This document shows positions 51,300 through 59,672 of a stretch of DNA of 64,000 nucleotides, piece after piece. The stretch is from contig DATAFJ010000027.1 in assembly GCA_036257535.1 (NCBI GenBank), forward strand, positions 20,636-84,635, written 5' to 3'. Below the pieces are notes generated by a model. It was not told where the DNA came from, did no database searches, and saw nothing but the letters and a program-made list of their open reading frames with translations. Within the stretch, counting starts at the first letter, position 1, and each line of letters opens with the position of its first letter. The stretch comes from Vicinamibacterales bacterium. Lineage in GTDB: Bacteria; Acidobacteriota; Vicinamibacteria; Vicinamibacterales; 2-12-FULL-66-21. A program made the translations under genes and the position numbers.

Positions 51300-51320
51300 G
51301 AAATGGGGAGCGAGACTTTG

Positions 51321-51851
51321 ATGCGCGCCCGGAGGCCCGTAGCGGCGGGATTTACGCTCGTCGAACTCCTCGTTGTCGTGGCAATGATCGGCGTCGTGTC
51401 GGCCATTGCGGTTCCGGCACTGCTCCGTGCCCGGATGTCCGGCAACGAGGCTTCGGCGATCGGATCGATTCGTGCGGTCAACGCGGCGGAGACGGCGTAT
51501 GCGAACTCGGCGGGGCGGGGTGGCTTCGCGGTTCTGCTCTCTACGCTCGTCACGCCGTGCGGTGCCGGGAGCGCCGGCTTCCTGTCGAGGGACCTCGCCT
51601 CCGATCCGTCAAGCAAAAGCGGTTACCGAATCACGCTCGCGGTCGGCGCGGGTGCGAACGTCGGACCGCTCGATTGCAATGGTACGGTGACGCGCACCTC
51701 CTATTACGCGACAGCGGTTCCGCTGTCGGTCGGCACGACGGGAAGGCGTGCGTTCGCGAGCAACGCCATCAACGCAATCTGGCAGAACTCCACCGGATTG
51801 CCACCGGCGGAGCCGTTCACAATCACAGCGACGACGCAGCCACTTCAATAG
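51321..51851 (+). CDS. Prepilin-type N-terminal cleavage/methylation domain protein (type IV pilin / T2SS pseudopilin-like)
   Basis: MRARRPVAAG|FTLVELLVVVAMIGVVSAIAVPALL is a class III signal with the G/FTLVE motif. ATG 51321 (tracked ATG 51303 adds 6 aa). Confidence 0.85.
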   Translation: MRARRPVAAGFTLVELLVVVAMIGVVSAIAVPALLRARMSGNEASAIGSIRAVNAAETAYANSAGRGGFAVLLSTLVTPCGAGSAGFLSRDLASDPSSKSGYRITLAVGAGANVGPLDCNGTVTRTSYYATAVPLSVGTTGRRAFASNAINAIWQNSTGLPPAEPFTITATTQPLQ

Positions 51852-51892
51852 CCCCAGGCCCCAAGCCCCAAGCCCCAGGCCCCAGGCCCAGT
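51852..51892 (-). repeat. Heptamer array (CCTGGGG/CTTGGGG) occupying the whole gap between two convergent stops
   Basis: Plus strand: TAG CCCCAGG CCCCAAG CCCCAAG CCCCAGG CCCCAGG CCCAGT TCA. The minus strand after TGA reads ACTGGG CCTGGGG CCTGGGG CTTGGGG CTTGGGG CCTGGGG. Confidence 0.92.
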
Positions 51893-52816
51893 TCATTTAT
51901 CGTGTTCGTGCTTTTCCTTGCGACGCGGCTCGAGTGAGACTTCGCCGATCCGGCGGATCCTGACGTCGCCGCCGAACGATTCCATTTCAATCTGCGCGCC
52001 GCCGCCGCCGAGCGTAAACCTCTGGCGGCTTCCGCGGCGTCCCTCGGTCGTTTCGGTCGTGGCAAACGACGTGCGCACGCTCCCCTGGTACGAGCGGGCA
52101 GACACATTGGCGCTGACGTTCTCGGGCACGGCGAGCGTGATATCGCCATTGTGGGTCGAGATGCGATAGAAGTTATCTGCGACGGTTCCTTCGTAAATGA
52201 TATCGCCGTTGACCGTAGTTGCCTCGAGGCCGGTGGCCTTCATCCCGAGCATGCGGATGTCACCATTGATCGTCTCGGCCGTGATCTCGCCGGTTGCACC
52301 CCTGATCATGATGCCTTCGTTGACGGTGTTGAGCGTCAGGCGCCCGCCCGCATTCTCGACGAAGATCTCGCCCTCGATCGACTTGAGCGACACGATGCCG
52401 GCTCCACCTTTCAGCCGGATGTCTCCGCTGACAGTCTCTACCGACACGTCGGACTGAGTGCCTTCGATCGACGCGAAGATGTGCGGCCCGCCACTGACCC
52501 TCACCGGAAGCCACGCGGGAACGGATATGACATAGTCGACTGACGCCGGCGCCCCGGAGCGGCTCGACGAAACTCTGATCTCGCCGCCTGACGTTCGAAC
52601 GCCGACCTTCGTGCGGCTGTCGTGCTCCGCCGTAACTCGCAGTTCGTCACGGTTCCAGGCCTTCACCATGACTTCGCCGGCGAAGTTATTGACCTCGAGC
52701 CGCTGGCCTTTCGTCACCGCGATGGTTTGATCGGTGGCGGGCGGCCGCGCCGTTTGCGCCGCCGCCGGAACGGCGGCCGACAGCAACATGCCGGCGACAA
52801 TCGATGCGAGCTTCAT
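51893..52816 (-). CDS. DUF4097-like putative adhesin (beta-helix repeats), secreted
   Basis: Signal MKLASIVAGMLLSAAVPAAAQ. Repeated short strands ending G(D/E)I (SGGEIRV, SGDIRL, EGEIFV, TGEITA, NGDIRM, NGDIIY, NGDITL, GGDVRI). Last gene of a sigma/anti-sigma operon. Confidence 0.8.
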   Translation of the reverse strand: MKLASIVAGMLLSAAVPAAAQTARPPATDQTIAVTKGQRLEVNNFAGEVMVKAWNRDELRVTAEHDSRTKVGVRTSGGEIRVSSSRSGAPASVDYVISVPAWLPVRVSGGPHIFASIEGTQSDVSVETVSGDIRLKGGAGIVSLKSIEGEIFVENAGGRLTLNTVNEGIMIRGATGEITAETINGDIRMLGMKATGLEATTVNGDIIYEGTVADNFYRISTHNGDITLAVPENVSANVSARSYQGSVRTSFATTETTEGRRGSRQRFTLGGGGAQIEMESFGGDVRIRRIGEVSLEPRRKEKHEHDK

Positions 52817-52821
52817 GGGTG

Positions 52822-53460
52822 CTATCCCTCGGTGTCGGCGAGCGCGCTCGCGCGGCGCAGCAGCGCGAGCTTGCGCTGCCGCGCGGCGGCGAGGTGGCTG
52901 TAAAGATACGTGTTCGCAGGATCCGCCGTCAGCGCCCGCTGCGACTGTTCGATCGCCTGATCGATTGCGGCCAGGCTGCTCTCGAGCACTTTCACGGTCG
53001 TCGGATCGAGCCGCGATCGTCCTGCTTCGAGCGCGCGCTCGAGATCCGCGACGGCCTCGTCGTACGGAGCGTCAGCCAGGTTGACCGGCACGGCGCGAGG
53101 CGACTCGACCGGCTGCTGCACGCCCGCCTGCGTTGGAGCCTGCACGGCCGCCTGCCGGTTCGCCATCCACACGGCGCCGCCCGAGAGGATCATCAGCGCG
53201 ATGCCGGCGGCGACGAGCTGCGGCATTGAGAACGAATAGCGCCTCGTGCCGCCGTCGAGCCGCGCGGCAATCGCCGGCCAGAGATCGGCATCAGGCGCGC
53301 GTTCGGTCAGATCCTGCGCGCGGGAAACGACGGCGCGAAGCTCGTCGAGCGTGGCGCGGCACGCGTCGCACGACGCGAGGTGCGCCTCGAGATCCGTTCG
53401 CTCACGCGCCTCGAGCTCGTCGTCGAGATACTCCGAGAGCCTGTCCGTCCACTGGTCCAT
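52822..53460 (-). CDS. Anti-sigma factor (zf-HC2 N-terminus, one TM)
   Basis: MDQWTDRLSEYLDDELEARERTDLEAHLASCDACRATLDEL. TM LVAAGIALMILSGGAVWMA. Located 3 nt after the sigma gene. Confidence 0.8.
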   Translation of the reverse strand: MDQWTDRLSEYLDDELEARERTDLEAHLASCDACRATLDELRAVVSRAQDLTERAPDADLWPAIAARLDGGTRRYSFSMPQLVAAGIALMILSGGAVWMANRQAAVQAPTQAGVQQPVESPRAVPVNLADAPYDEAVADLERALEAGRSRLDPTTVKVLESSLAAIDQAIEQSQRALTADPANTYLYSHLAAARQRKLALLRRASALADTEG

Positions 53461-53463
53461 ACG

Positions 53464-54042
53464 TCACCTGAGATGCTTCCTCAACATCATGCGGGCGCGA
53501 TGCAGCTGCGCCTTGGACGTGCCGGGCGAGATGCCCAGCAGCGATCCGATCTCGTGGTGCTTGTAGCCTTCGACGTCGTGCAGCACGAAGATCTCGCGCG
53601 CGCCGTCGGGCAGCCGCTCGAGCGCCGCCTCGAAGTCGATCGAGAGATCCGGACGTGACGGCGTCGAGCGCGCGGTCTCGAAGACCGCCACCGAATCAAC
53701 CCTGCGCGAGCGCTCGGTGCTGCCCGAGCGGAAACGCTCGAGAACGACGTTCACGGTGAGACGGTGCAGCCACGTCGTGAATGCCGACTCCCCTCGAAAC
53801 GTTCCGAGCTTCTGCCACGCCCGGACGAAAACGTCCTGCGCGAGCTCGTCGACGTCGCGCCCGCCCGCCATGCGGCGCACTATTCCGTGCACGCGCGGGA
53901 TGTGGGTGCGGTAGAGGCGCTCGAATGCCTGGACGTCCCCCCGCGCCGCGCGCGCGACGTCCATCGCGTCGCGGTCGGCGGAGGGAGTCGACGACTGGTC
54001 AAACGCGGTGACCCCGATCGGCAGCGTCTCCTGTTGCAGCAT
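53464..54042 (-). CDS. ECF (group IV) sigma-70 factor
   Basis: GDVQAFERLYRTHIPRVHGIVRRM, DELAQDVFVRAWQKLGTFRGESAFTTWLHRLTVNVV, and region 4 HEIGSLLGISPGTSKAQLHRARMMLRKHL. Confidence 0.9.
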   Translation of the reverse strand: MLQQETLPIGVTAFDQSSTPSADRDAMDVARAARGDVQAFERLYRTHIPRVHGIVRRMAGGRDVDELAQDVFVRAWQKLGTFRGESAFTTWLHRLTVNVVLERFRSGSTERSRRVDSVAVFETARSTPSRPDLSIDFEAALERLPDGAREIFVLHDVEGYKHHEIGSLLGISPGTSKAQLHRARMMLRKHLR

Positions 54043-54131
54043 CCCCGCGGAACGCTATCTTTCGTCCCTGCATCAGCTTGGATGCCCACGGGTCGGGGAA
54101 GGTTTACATCGTGGTTGCCGGGCCGGCCGGT

Positions 54132-54153
54132 CTTCGTTCTTGGAAGAACGAAG
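54132..54153 (-). terminator. Perfect 22-bp palindrome/hairpin right after the M23 stop
   Basis: CTTCGTTCTT gg AAGAACGAAG: 10-bp arms starting 1 nt from TAA 54157-54155. No U-tract follows on the minus strand, so it could be an operator instead of a terminator. Confidence 0.4.
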
Positions 54154-54154
54154 G

Positions 54155-54916
54155 TTATCGTAGTACGTTGTACGGGTCCAGGGGCACTCCCTCCCACCAG
54201 CGGGGCGGCTCCAGCGCCCGGAAGATCGCGAAGTGGAGGTGCGGCGTGTTCGGCGGGGCATTGCCCGACGTCCCGACGTAGCCGATGACCTGGCCCCGCC
54301 GGATCTTGTCTTCCTCCTTCAGGCCATCCGCATAGCGTTCCAGGTGAGCGTAGTAGTAGATGAACCGCTCGTCCGGGTCGTACTGGTAGACCGTCAGGCC
54401 GCCGTACCGGCTGTTGAAGAGCCGGGCGACGGTCCCCGACTCGACGGCGAGAACCGGCGTGTTGCGCGGGGCGAGGATGTCGATCGCCTCGTGCTTCCGG
54501 CTGCCGCCACGCTCGTCGTCGTACGACCGGACCAGCGCGTTCCGGCCGACCCCGTCGACCGGAATCAGGAGCCGTCTGTCGCGAAGCTCTTCGACTGGAT
54601 TCGCCCCGATGGTTGCCGTCGGCGCTTCGGTCCGGTCATCACGGTTTCCGGATGTGGCGGCCGGCGGTTCAGCCGGGTGAAGCGGCGGAGACGAGTCGGT
54701 GCGCTCGGCCGCCGGCGGCGGCGGAAGATCGGGAAAGACGCCCTGCGTGAAACGCTCGACGGCGGGAGAACGCTCGAGGCCGTAGCGCAGCCGATCCGTG
54801 CGCGTTCCAATGAAGTTGCCAAAGCGCCAGACGGAGACGGAGATCACGAAAACGCCGGCGAGAAATCCGGCCGTCGCGGCCGCGGCAGCGAGGCGACGTT
54901 CGCGCTTCGTTCTCAT
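54155..54916 (-). CDS. M23-family (LytM-type) peptidoglycan endopeptidase
   Basis: HEAIDILAPRNTPVLAVESGTV, GYVGTSGNAPPNTPHLHFAIF (H..D and HxH zinc ligands), and an N-terminal TM. Confidence 0.9.
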   Translation of the reverse strand: MRTKRERRLAAAAATAGFLAGVFVISVSVWRFGNFIGTRTDRLRYGLERSPAVERFTQGVFPDLPPPPAAERTDSSPPLHPAEPPAATSGNRDDRTEAPTATIGANPVEELRDRRLLIPVDGVGRNALVRSYDDERGGSRKHEAIDILAPRNTPVLAVESGTVARLFNSRYGGLTVYQYDPDERFIYYYAHLERYADGLKEEDKIRRGQVIGYVGTSGNAPPNTPHLHFAIFRALEPPRWWEGVPLDPYNVLR

Positions 54917-54919
54917 GTC

Positions 54920-55882
54920 TCAGGGCAGAAAACTGACTCTCGTTCCCGGACGGACGAGCGCCGCGACTCTCTGGGCATCCCAGTTCGTGAGCCGCACGCA
55001 TCCGTGCGACTCGGTCTTGCCGATGCGCGACGGCTCCGGCGTTCCGTGCAGGCCGTAATGCGGCTTGTCGATGTCGATCCAGACCGTGCCGACCGGGTTG
55101 TTCGGTCCCGGATTGATTGTCGCTTTCGCGTGCGACGGATCGGAATCCCAGAACAGGTCCGGGTTGTAGTTGAACTTCGGCCTGCGGGCGACGCCTCTCA
55201 CCTTCCACTCGCCGACAGGCAGCGGATCGACCTCGCTGCCGCTCGTCACGGGCGCATGGAACAGGATCGCGCCGTCCGCGCCGATGACCTGGAGCACCGA
55301 CTGTTGTTTCCAGACCTTGACGACAACGTCGGCGTCGCCGGAGGAGCGTTCGACGCCGGTCGTTCCACGCGGGACTGCAGGTTCGACGCTCACGATCGCG
55401 ACGTTCGGAACGCGGATCTCCTCGTCCTGGATGAAGCTCGCGCCGGGGTTGAGCCGCGACAGCAGGGCAGGGCTGGCGTGAAACTTCTCGGCAAGCGCCT
55501 CGACCACCGTCCGGTAGCCGAGCGCCGGCAGCGCCGCCTGTTCCATGAGGTCGTCCGGCAGATTCTCGGTGAACGGTCCCGCGGCATCTTCGGCCCCTAT
55601 CGTGTACGCGACGACCGATTGAACGTCGCGCTGCTCGTCGGAAAGCTTGCGGATGATGGACGCATCGTCATCGGCACCGAGGTTGCGCGACGTCGCATAA
55701 GCCTCGGCGGCGCGCCGGGTGTTGCTCCCATCGCGGCCGTCGATCTCGCCGGGCGAGAAGCCGGCTCGGTCTAGGAGGACCTGTAAGAGGAGGATATCCG
55801 TACCCGAGCGCGCGGAGGAGACAGAGGGCGCGGAGACGATTGAAACGCAGAGCACGCAGAGAGCGCAGAGGAGTCGTGTCAC
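54920..55882 (-). CDS. L,D-transpeptidase (YkuD domain) with N-terminal PG-binding-like domain
   Basis: GLHGTPEPSRIGKTESHGCVRLTNWD. GTG 55882 overlaps the upstream stop (GTGA) and gives the signal VTRLLCALCVLCVSIVSAPSVSSA. ILLLQVLLDRAGFSPGEIDG is PG_binding-like. Confidence 0.85.
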   Translation of the reverse strand: MTRLLCALCVLCVSIVSAPSVSSARSGTDILLLQVLLDRAGFSPGEIDGRDGSNTRRAAEAYATSRNLGADDDASIIRKLSDEQRDVQSVVAYTIGAEDAAGPFTENLPDDLMEQAALPALGYRTVVEALAEKFHASPALLSRLNPGASFIQDEEIRVPNVAIVSVEPAVPRGTTGVERSSGDADVVVKVWKQQSVLQVIGADGAILFHAPVTSGSEVDPLPVGEWKVRGVARRPKFNYNPDLFWDSDPSHAKATINPGPNNPVGTVWIDIDKPHYGLHGTPEPSRIGKTESHGCVRLTNWDAQRVAALVRPGTRVSFLP

Positions 55883-56685
55883 TTGAGCACCTCGTGTGTC
55901 CGACGATCGCTGCCCATCCGCCGGTCGGCGTCGACCGAGGCCGGAGGACGGTCGACGATCTCGATGATCTTGAACGGGCGCGCCGGATCGATCGTGCGCA
56001 TAAGCGACAGGGAGACGTTGAACACCGGCACGCCGTTGCGCGTGCGGCCCTCCGGCCGTCCGTTGTGTGCGTGCCCGTGAAAAACGGCCGTGACGGGGTA
56101 TCGCGTGATCGGTTCTTCGAGCCGGCTGCAGCCGAGGAACGGGTAGATCTCCGGCGGCTCGCCCTCGCACGTCGCGGCAATCGGCGCGTAGTGAAGCAGA
56201 GCGATTCTGTGCTGCGTACGCAGCCGCGCGAGGGCCGTCTCGAGCTTGAGCGCCTCGTCCACGGCTTCACGGACGAAGGCCTTGACCACCTTCTCACCCC
56301 ACGGCCCCAGGGTGCCGCGTCCGAACCCGCCGGCGAAACCCTTGATGCCGGCAAAGCCGACGCCGTGCACCTCGCAGCTGTCGCCGTCGAGGACGGTGAT
56401 TCCGCCGTCGGTGAGAATCTGGCGAATCTCCTCCTGCAGTCCGCCTTCGTAGTCGTGATTGCCGAGAACCGTGACGATCGGCACTTTGACCGCCCCGGTG
56501 AGGTCGCGCACGAGCGCGCGCGCTTCCTCCACGGCGCCGTAGTCGGTGAGATCGCCGCAGAGCAGCAGGATGTCCGCCGCGGCGGCGAGCTGCGCGAAAA
56601 CCGGCTGCATCGACGCCGCCGACGTGCGGGTGTAATGCAGATCACCCAGCGCGGCAATGCGGACGCGGTCCTTAGCCAGGCTCAT
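55879..56685 (-). CDS. Calcineurin-like metallophosphoesterase
   Basis: ATG 56685: MSLAKDRVRIAALGDLHYT, LLLCGDLTDYG, VLGNHDYEGG, FHGHAHNG (MPE motifs I-IV). Confidence 0.85.
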   Translation of the reverse strand: MSLAKDRVRIAALGDLHYTRTSAASMQPVFAQLAAAADILLLCGDLTDYGAVEEARALVRDLTGAVKVPIVTVLGNHDYEGGLQEEIRQILTDGGITVLDGDSCEVHGVGFAGIKGFAGGFGRGTLGPWGEKVVKAFVREAVDEALKLETALARLRTQHRIALLHYAPIAATCEGEPPEIYPFLGCSRLEEPITRYPVTAVFHGHAHNGRPEGRTRNGVPVFNVSLSLMRTIDPARPFKIIEIVDRPPASVDADRRMGSDRRTHEVLK

Positions 56686-56856
56686 CGCCTGACCGGGGCT
56701 CCGCCCCGGACCCCGGCTCGGCCGCTTGCGGGGCCCCGTCGCCCTGCGCCGCTCCCTCGCGGGCGCGCCGTGCGCGCCGCCGTTACGCCGCCCGAGACGG
56801 AAATTCTCGATGCCAGCGGCATAACGGCCTAACAAAGCAAATGAAGTGCCGACGCC

Positions 56857-56885
56857 GAGGCCCTTTGCCCAGGCCCCAGCCCCTA
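56857..56885 (-). repeat. Short G-rich heptamer array after the M24 stop
   Basis: Minus strand: TAGGGGC TGGGGCC TGGGCAA AGGGCCT. TAG = 56885-56883. Confidence 0.75.
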
Positions 56886-58199
56886 CTTAATTAGGTAAAA
56901 CTCCGTCTGCCGGCCGTCGATCCAATCCCAGCCGGCCTCGACCAGCGCGGCATCCTCTTCGAGTGCGAATCTCACGGGCTGGTCGTCCCACTCCTTCACC
57001 TTGTGGGTCGCATTCAGCTCGATCGAGTGCCAGGTGTTCGGCCGGAAGACGTACTCTCCGCGAACGGGGACACCCTGCTGGTAGTCGGTCATGCCGATCG
57101 GCGGCCCGGCGCCGTGGCCGTGGTATCCGACGGGATGACAGTAGATGGAGGGCGTGATGCCTTCGGCCTTCGCCTGTGCGAGCGCCGCCTGGAGCGCCGC
57201 GTTGCCCGTCCCGCCGATCTTCGCGTGCTGCATCGTCAGGTCCTGAAGACGGTTCGCGGCCCGCAGCCCCTCGCGCAGGCCCGCCGGCGCTTCGATCTCG
57301 CCTTCGCGCAGGACATAGGCGTTGTGCTGCGTGTCGGTGGAGAACCCGAGATAGACGAGGCCGAAATCCGTGTGCAGCATGTCGCCGCGCTGAATGACCC
57401 GCTTCTCAGGCGGCAGATCGGACGGCAGACCGCCCTTGCGATGAATCGTGATCGACGGATGAAACCAACCGCCGAGGCCGAGGTTCGCCACGCGCTGCCG
57501 CATCCACCACACGACGTCTTCCGACGTCGTCACGCCAGGCTTGATGACGTCGTTCGAGAACGCCTCGCGAATGACCTGGTGCGCCACCCGCATCACGTGG
57601 CGATACGCTTCCGTTTCCTCTGGGAGCTTTTCCTCGAGCCAGCCCACGGCGAGCATTTCGGCCGACTTGATCCGCGGCGCGTACTTCGCGCCGAGCGCCT
57701 CGAGCACGTTGTCGCGCTCATTCGCGGTCAGGCCGTCCGCGTGATTCCAGGCCTCCGACATGTTCAGGCCGATGACTTTCGGGTCGCGCTCCTCGACGAC
57801 CTTGCGCACGCCCTCCCACTGCGCGTCGTTGTGCGTGCGCGTGAGGGCATACAGGCCGTCGTAGTCGAAACGGCCGATCGACCGGCGCTCGACGCCGCGG
57901 TCACCGCCGCGGTCGAAAAAGACGAGGACTGTCCGCCGCCGCGACGAGTACGTGGTGAGCGGCGAGATCGACCGGAACACCGGATCGTCGTTGTACTCCC
58001 GCGACACGATGATCCACATGTCGATCTTTTCGCGCCGCATGAGCCGCGGCAGGACGGTATCGAAGCGCTTGACGATCCAGTCCTTGATGAGCGGCGCCTG
58101 CTCGCGGTGCGTGAAGACGCGGTCTTTCGGGTAGTCGTACTCGGCGGCAAGAGGAGCGCCGCTGAGGACCAATAGAATCGCAGCCGCAGCTCTGAACAT
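56883..58199 (-). CDS. Secreted M24-family (Xaa-Pro aminopeptidase/creatinase-fold) metallopeptidase
   Basis: ATG 58199 gives the signal MFRAAAAILLVLSGAPLAA. Pita-bread ligand contexts MLHTDFG, FSTDTQH, HPVGYHGHG, HSIELN, FALEED. Confidence 0.85.
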   Translation of the reverse strand: MFRAAAAILLVLSGAPLAAEYDYPKDRVFTHREQAPLIKDWIVKRFDTVLPRLMRREKIDMWIIVSREYNDDPVFRSISPLTTYSSRRRTVLVFFDRGGDRGVERRSIGRFDYDGLYALTRTHNDAQWEGVRKVVEERDPKVIGLNMSEAWNHADGLTANERDNVLEALGAKYAPRIKSAEMLAVGWLEEKLPEETEAYRHVMRVAHQVIREAFSNDVIKPGVTTSEDVVWWMRQRVANLGLGGWFHPSITIHRKGGLPSDLPPEKRVIQRGDMLHTDFGLVYLGFSTDTQHNAYVLREGEIEAPAGLREGLRAANRLQDLTMQHAKIGGTGNAALQAALAQAKAEGITPSIYCHPVGYHGHGAGPPIGMTDYQQGVPVRGEYVFRPNTWHSIELNATHKVKEWDDQPVRFALEEDAALVEAGWDWIDGRQTEFYLIK

Positions 58200-58272
58200 G
58201 CCGCGGATTATATTCCGCGGGCCGCAGATTACGCGGACTACGGGGAGCCGACCCGTGCGATAGCATAGATAC

Positions 58273-58956
58273 ATGGGACGGTGGTTGCCCCTGATCGCGT
58301 TACTCGCAGCCGGCGCCTGCGGCGACGGCCGTGAGTCTTCGAACGACGCCACTCCCGCCGGAGCGACGGCCGCCCAGCCCGCGGCCGACCGGTCTCGTCC
58401 GCGCGTCGTCGCGCTCGGCGACAGCCTGACGGCCGGTCTCGGCCTTCCAGAGTCTGAGTCCTACCCGTCGCGCCTGCAGCAGAAGATCGATGCGGACGGC
58501 TACGACTTCGAGGTCGTGAACGCGGGTGTTTCAGGCGATACGTCGGCGGGCGGACTCAGACGGCTCGACTGGGCGCTCGACGGGGACGTGAAGTTCCTCA
58601 TTGTTGCGCTGGGCGCCAACGACGGGCTTCGTGGCCTGTCTGTCCCGGAGATGAAGCGCAACCTCGAGGCAATCATCGAGGGTGCCAGGGAGCGCGGCGT
58701 GACAGTCCTCCTGGCCGGCATGGAGGCGCCCCCGAACTACGGTCTCGAGTACACCGTCCAATTCAGACAGGTGTACCGCGATCTGTCGCGCGAGCACGAC
58801 CTCGTATACGTGCCGTTTCTGCTCGAGGGTGTTGCAGGGCAGAGCGGATACAACCAGTCCGACGGCATCCATCCCAACAGAGAGGGGGCGCGGCTCGTGG
58901 CCGAGACGATCTGGCGTGCGCTCAAACCCATGATCGACGCGGCGGCCTCCTCATGA
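58273..58956 (+). CDS. tesA: SGNH/GDSL arylesterase-lysophospholipase (TesA-like), lipoprotein signal
   Basis: LIALLAAGACG, VVALGDSLTAG (block I), GANDGLRG (block III), SDGIHPN (block V). Confidence 0.88.
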   Translation: MGRWLPLIALLAAGACGDGRESSNDATPAGATAAQPAADRSRPRVVALGDSLTAGLGLPESESYPSRLQQKIDADGYDFEVVNAGVSGDTSAGGLRRLDWALDGDVKFLIVALGANDGLRGLSVPEMKRNLEAIIEGARERGVTVLLAGMEAPPNYGLEYTVQFRQVYRDLSREHDLVYVPFLLEGVAGQSGYNQSDGIHPNREGARLVAETIWRALKPMIDAAASS

Positions 58957-59672
58957 TCGACCTCCGCGGCGTTTCGAAGACCGTTCCGAGCGGCGACGGG
59001 ACCCTCACGATTCTGCATCCGCTCGACCTGACCGTCGCGTCCGGGGAATTCCTCGCGGTCAGCGGCCCGTCCGGAAGCGGCAAATCCACGCTCCTCGGCC
59101 TCATCGCCGGCCTGGACGCGCCGTCGAGCGGCTCGATCGTGATCGACGGGGTCGACATCACGACCCTGGACGAGGATCCGCTCGCCCGGCTGCGCGGCGC
59201 GAAGATCGGGTTCGTGTTCCAGTTCTTCCACTTGATCCCGTCGCTGACGGCGCTCGAGAACGTGCAGGTGCCGCTCGAGTTGACGGGTGCTCCGAACCCG
59301 TCCTCTCGTGCTGCCGTGCTTCTCGACGAAGTCGGGCTGGCGGAGAGGCGCCGGCACTATCCGTCGCAGCTTTCGGGCGGCGAGCAGCAGCGGGTCGCCA
59401 TCGCACGCGCGCTGGCGAACAGTCCGCCCATCCTCCTCGCCGACGAGCCGACTGGAAACCTGGATACCGTCACCGGCCGCCACGTCATCGATCTCCTCGC
59501 CGAGATTCATCGCGCTCGCGGGACGACGCTCGTCCTCGTCACGCATGACGCGGAGCTGGCGGCCCGCGCGGAGAGCCGCGTGTCGCTCCGGGACGGCCGG
59601 ATCGTCGAGCGAACAGCCTCCAAGCCGCAGACGGCGACTTCCCGGCCGGCGGCGCTGACGTCGCGGACATGA
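58953..59672 (+). CDS. ybbA: ABC transporter ATP-binding protein (YbbA/LolD-like)
   Basis: ATG 58953 overlaps the tesA-like stop (ATGA). [38 protein letters not shown]. Confidence 0.9.
   Translation: MIDLRGVSKTVPSGDGTLTILHPLDLTVASGEFLAVSGPSGSGKSTLLGLIAGLDAPSSGSIVIDGVDITTLDEDPLARLRGAKIGFVFQFFHLIPSLTALENVQVPLELTGAPNPSSRAAVLLDEVGLAERRRHYPSQLSGGEQQRVAIARALANSPPILLADEPTGNLDTVTGRHVIDLLAEIHRARGTTLVLVTHDAELAARAESRVSLRDGRIVERTASKPQTATSRPAALTSRT

Noticed and set aside
55668-56832. ORFs 55668..56657 (-) and 55840..56832 (+) overlapping the metallophosphoesterase gene
   Set aside because: Only the 55879..56685 frame shows the GDLH / GDxxDxG / GNHD / GHxH phosphoesterase motifs. The others are shadows.
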